A stretch of 64,000 nt of DNA from the human T2T-CHM13v2.0 reference genome, Homo sapiens. A program made the position numbers and the translations under genes. Of this stretch, positions 59,610 through 64,000 are shown piece after piece (positions within the stretch are counted from its first letter, which is position 1; each line of letters opens with the position of its first letter). Below the pieces are notes generated by a model. The model saw only the letters and a list, made by a program, of their open reading frames with translations. It ran no database searches and had not been told where the DNA came from. Where the stretch lies: NCBI RefSeq assembly GCF_009914755.1, contig NC_060946.1. One strand, written 5' to 3'.

Positions 59610-60200
59610 GTATAATAATCATCTACATAGAACCCCAGATGCATTCTACAAAAAATATTAAAGTTAGTATGCATTTAGTATAGCACTGGATATAAGATCA
59701 ATACATATAAAAACTAATGGTCTCTTTTCTCTAAATCAGCAATATTTAAGATAACAACAATGTAAGGTACATAGGAAGAAATCTAACAAAACATGTGCAC
59801 AACCTCACTAGAAAATTATACATTTATTTTGAAAGACAGAAATATATTGAAATACATTCCATATTTAAAGTGAGAGAGATTCAATACAGAATGATGTCAA
59901 ATCTCCCTAAATTGAGTCACAGATTCAATGAAAATCTCCATACAGGTCTTTGTAGAAATTGGCGAAATGATTCTAACAGTTACACAGAAGAACAAGGACC
60001 AACAGAGGCCATGACTCTCCGGAGGATGACCTCTAGGCTCTCGAATCTAGCTCAGGAACCAGGGATGGTGCTGGCACAAGGACAGAGAAAGAGCCTGATG
60101 GACCAAAACAGAGAACCCAGAGAAAGAACCAGAACAGGACGGCACCGTGACTTGGCGGGGGAGGAAGAAGCATTCAGTGTGTGCTTCAGGACTTCTATTT
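59610..60200 (+). mobile_element. L1ME-type ORF2 (RT region) fragment
   Basis: 'atcatctacatagaacccca...ggatataagatcaatacatataaaaactaatgg...tggaccaaaacagagaacccaga'. Confidence 0.75.
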
Positions 60201-61249
60201 GTCCACGTGGACAAGTTCTGGGACTGGCAGGTGAGGCGTGGTACAGCAGGGCCACCTAGGGAAGAGTGGGAATGGGCACTGCCACTGAGAGCACCCGGGG
60301 GTGTGGGGGTAAGATGTGAAGAGGAAGCGGCAAGGTGCCTGGGTGCTGGGAGGCACAGGCGCAGAGCAAACTAGGCCTCGCTCCTTCTCAGTACACGGCA
60401 CCGGAGCTCAGAGCTTCACTCACACCTTGGTGAGGTCACCCCAGACATCCATTCTGTGCCGCTGGTCTAACTGTGCAACCTCTTCGCCATGTAACCTTTC
60501 CAGCGCCCCCTCCCCAGCGCAGGCCTAGCTGCTGCATGATGGATCCATCTACTGGGGAAGCAAGTGGGCCCAGGCCACCCCCTACAAATGATCTCGTGAT
60601 AATTCAGTTCCATTGAGTGCCTAATTGCCCTCTCTCCTCCGTTTCTCTTTAACTAGTTTATGAGTCTTCCAAACTGGATTGTGAACTCTTTAAAAGAGAA
60701 ATGCATTTCCTGCTTGTATTCCATGCACCATTTAGCTTGGGGTCAGGCATGTAGTGTGTGCACAAAGACAACTGAGCCGGAACTGGAGAAAGCCTTTCTG
60801 ATTCCAGCACTGCCTGTCTGTAGTCGTGTGATCATGACAAGCCCCTTCCTCCTCCGTTCCTTACCTCCATCCTTCCGTCATGTGCAGTGTGAGGGGAGTG
60901 GGCATGCAGCCCCCGAGGACCCCTCCACTCTAACACTGGGGGCCACACCTTGGTTGGGCCAGGCACCATCTAACTCTGGACACTTCCTATCCAAGGCAAG
61001 GACCAGAGCCCCGCAGCATCAGGGTCCTCTGGGAGCTGTTACATTTGTGGCATCTCAGAGCCCACCCAGCCCCGCCAAGTCAGGCTCCACATGTGAGCAG
61101 CATCCCCTGGGTCATCCACGCTGAAGCTTCAGAGCCTTGTGTCCCATCCCTGGCACCGCGCCCACTGGGCTCCAGAAGAATCACTCAAGGGCCCACAGAG
61201 TGGAGGGCTCCAGGCCCTTCGCCATGTCAATTCTGCTTCTAGGAAGGGT

Positions 61250-61664
61250 ATGTATGAGTTCACTAGAGCTGCTGTAAGGAAACACCACAGCCTGGGTGGC
61301 TTTCTTGCCTCACAGTTCTGGAGGTGGAAGCCCCAAATCAAGGTGTCCACAAGGTCGGTTTCTTCTGAAGCCTGAGAGGGAGAATGGGTTCCAGGCCTCT
61401 CTGGAGCTCTCTGGCTTGCAGATGCCATCATTTCCTTGTGTCTCTTCTCACAGGCTTTCCTCTGTGCCTGTCGGTCACTGCGTCCAAATTTCCCCTTTAT
61501 GGGGCCACTTGCCCTATTGTCTTAGGGGCCCACTGTACCCCTATGTGACTTCCCCTTAACGAATTGTGTCTGCACTGACCCTGTTCCCCAGCAAGGCTGC
61601 ATTCTGAGGCACTGGGAGTTAGGACTTGCATATATGAATTTTAGAAGGACACAAAACCCGTAGC
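61250..61664 (-). mobile_element. MLT1B solo LTR
   Basis: 'cctcacagttctggaggtggaagccccaaatcaaggtgtc...cattctgaggcactgggagttaggactt'. Confidence 0.87.
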
Positions 61665-63673
61665 CAGACGTCTGAATCTGTGTTTCAATAACTTCCCTGT
61701 GGGATTCTGGAGCACAGCCTGGTTTGGAAACCTCTGGAGCTGGCAGCTAAGGCTCTCGAGGCCTGAGTGCAGTGCACGGCACGTGAGGTACGGGTGGAAA
61801 GGGCTGCTGTGCCCAGAAGTTGTCCCCAAGGCTCTGATCTGCAGCTCCTTCCACCGGAGAGGGTGGTGTGGGTGGCCCCTTGGGGCCAGTGGCCAGGACA
61901 TATTGTTGATGTGGACAGCTGCCACTGGGGGTGCTGAGTGCTTTCTTCCTTTTTCTTCTCTGCTGTTCTGTTCCCAGAATGTAGACTTCCCCAGAGGGAT
62001 TCCTAGGCGGCCTTTTTGCGCGGGTGCCTGTGTGGAAAGGCATAGCACCGCGCCCGGGCTCCTCTCAGCTCTCAGGGCCTTCCTGTGGTGTTGGTTTGTC
62101 CGGTGTGGGTGTGCAGTTGCCCTCTCTGTGGTCTGCTTTCTTACTCAGATGCTAATACATTTTTTAAACACCGACTTGCCTGGAAGTGTAGCTGACCCTG
62201 ATGTAAGACGCTATCGCCCCCATCAAGAACAAGCCTCCCCACTGCAGCCGGGCTAGCTGGGGTTGGGAGGCAGCAGGAGCCCAGAGGCCATGCACACATC
62301 GGCGGCCCGAAGGCATTCACTATGCTCTGTCACTGGGTTCTGGCACTGACAACTGTGGGAGGGGACGTGCCCTGTGGAAGGTGGCTTCACTGTCTGTGTG
62401 ATGACTCTGCAGGAATCTAAGCAACCCCCATAAACTTCAAAGCACTCTGAGGAAAACAAGGCCCCTGCCATTCCCCTCCTTGGCCAGTTCCTCCTGCAGG
62501 GGGGCTTTGTCCCCTAATCTTTCAGGCTTCAGACTCAGAATGTGGATTCATTCTTCTCTTAAACTCCCTAAATCCCATCAGGGGCCAAACCCAATCGGTT
62601 CTTTGAACCAGAAAATTGTGTCAGCCCTAGGCAATACATAGTTCAACAATTCCCAGAGACCTGTGCCTAGCAAACCTGCAATCTAACAAGGAGCATCAGG
62701 GTAAGACAGAGAGGTTTCCCCACCACATTTGTCTGAACCCTGAGAACTCCAGGCCCTGTGAATGTGGAGGCTTCTGGCTCTGAGCTCCTCTCTGCACTGT
62801 CTATGCAGAAAAACTCTTCCAAGAAAGCGGGTGGCTATGGGCAGAAGAAATGAGGGGAGAGTTCGCTGTCTGAGAAACAGGGCTTTAACATCATTCTAAA
62901 GAACAAAGAATGACAGGGCCGATTACAAAAGATCCTTATCTAATCACCGCAGCGGCCCTGCAGGACCCTCCTTGATAATGGGTTGGCTTTTCATCCATTG
63001 CAGAGTGTGTGCTCAGAGGGAATGAGACTTCGTTTCTGGAATAATAGGCCATAATTGAGATCTTCCATTCAGGCAGACAGCCTCTGCCTCATTTAGTCCA
63101 GAACAGTGGAGTCTGACGGCTCCGCCCCGAGCTCCTCTGGAGGAGTATGGACGGTGTGGAGCAGTCAGTGTGAAAGGCAGGGGGCTTACATGCTGTGAGA
63201 GTCCCCTCCACCATGTCTGAAGCACACGGTTTTAATCAGACGGTGAGTGCACACCTCCCAGCCACTTCTTTATCTCTGCAGGAACATCTGGAGGAGCTGG
63301 TTGTCAGTGCTTTAGGGTGTGGGAGGAGGTAACAAGTCCTCTCCCTTGGCTGACGTGATTTTCCGTAGTTATATAGGAGTATTTATCAGCCAGGGCTGCT
63401 CTTTCTTAGTTCATAGTCAAGATCAAGCCAGGTCTCTTTCTCTAAGCAGCCTAGTAATGGCTGTGCACATTGGTGAGGTCACATTCTAGGCATCCTAAGC
63501 AGAAAGGAATTGAATACAGGACACATTGTTGGATGGGTTGGAGAAGTGGGGGGCTGAGCCTGGCATTTGGGTTTAGAGTGCACCACCACCGCTGCCATCA
63601 GAAGCCACCCCAGAGACTCCACTACTGCCCATGACACCCATAAAGCTGGGACTGGATACCAGAAAGCCACTCA

Positions 63674-63749
63674 GACTGTTACGACCACCTCAAACACGTG
63701 TATCCCATGATGACTGTTACGACCACCTCAAACACGTGTATCCTATGAC
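63674..63749 (+). repeat. Tandem duplication, 2 x 38 bp
   Basis: gactgttacgaccacctcaaacacgtgtatcc(c/t)atga occurs twice. Confidence 0.95.
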
Positions 63750-64000
63750 CTTGCATGTCAAAAGCAGACAGAGGAGGATGGGCTCCATTCTACCCAATGC
63801 CGGGTGAGAGAGGCAGTTGGCAAAATATTCTTTCCAGCTTTTCAGCTTCTGCTGGGAAAAGGGTGAGAGGGAGGCTGAGAACGCCGTGCCATGGTGTCTG
63901 TACCGTGCAGTGTGGAAGCCGGTGGCTAATCCCAGGCACAAGAGGGTGGGGCATTGGCATATGTTCCAGTATATGATTCTAGTACCACGACGTTGATGGC

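Overview
This is primate, human-like (Alu-containing) non-coding genomic DNA, either intergenic or deep intronic. I find no protein-coding exon, RNA gene or CRISPR array. The long ORFs in the track come from Alu, LTR and simple-repeat sequence. About half the window is recognisable repeat: 11 Alus, old L1M/L2/MIR fragments, many MaLR LTRs (MLT1, THE1), a decayed ERV-L pol/dUTPase remnant, DNA transposon relics (MER5A, MER20, MER58, Tigger3, MER63) and several tandem arrays. Three things are not explained by ordinary repeat annotation. (1) Three local copy-paste events in which 50-300 bp of nearby DNA was duplicated 0.9-2.5 kb away; one copy is inverted and flanked by 23-bp direct repeats. (2) An indel-free 11 x 46-bp minisatellite with a GLI-type site in every unit. 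(3) A nested AT-rich palindrome. Several unique-sequence blocks look like candidate developmental enhancers. Repeat families were assigned by eye from remembered consensus motifs, so boundaries are approximate. I could not identify the genomic locus and cannot claim a new biological system from sequence alone.
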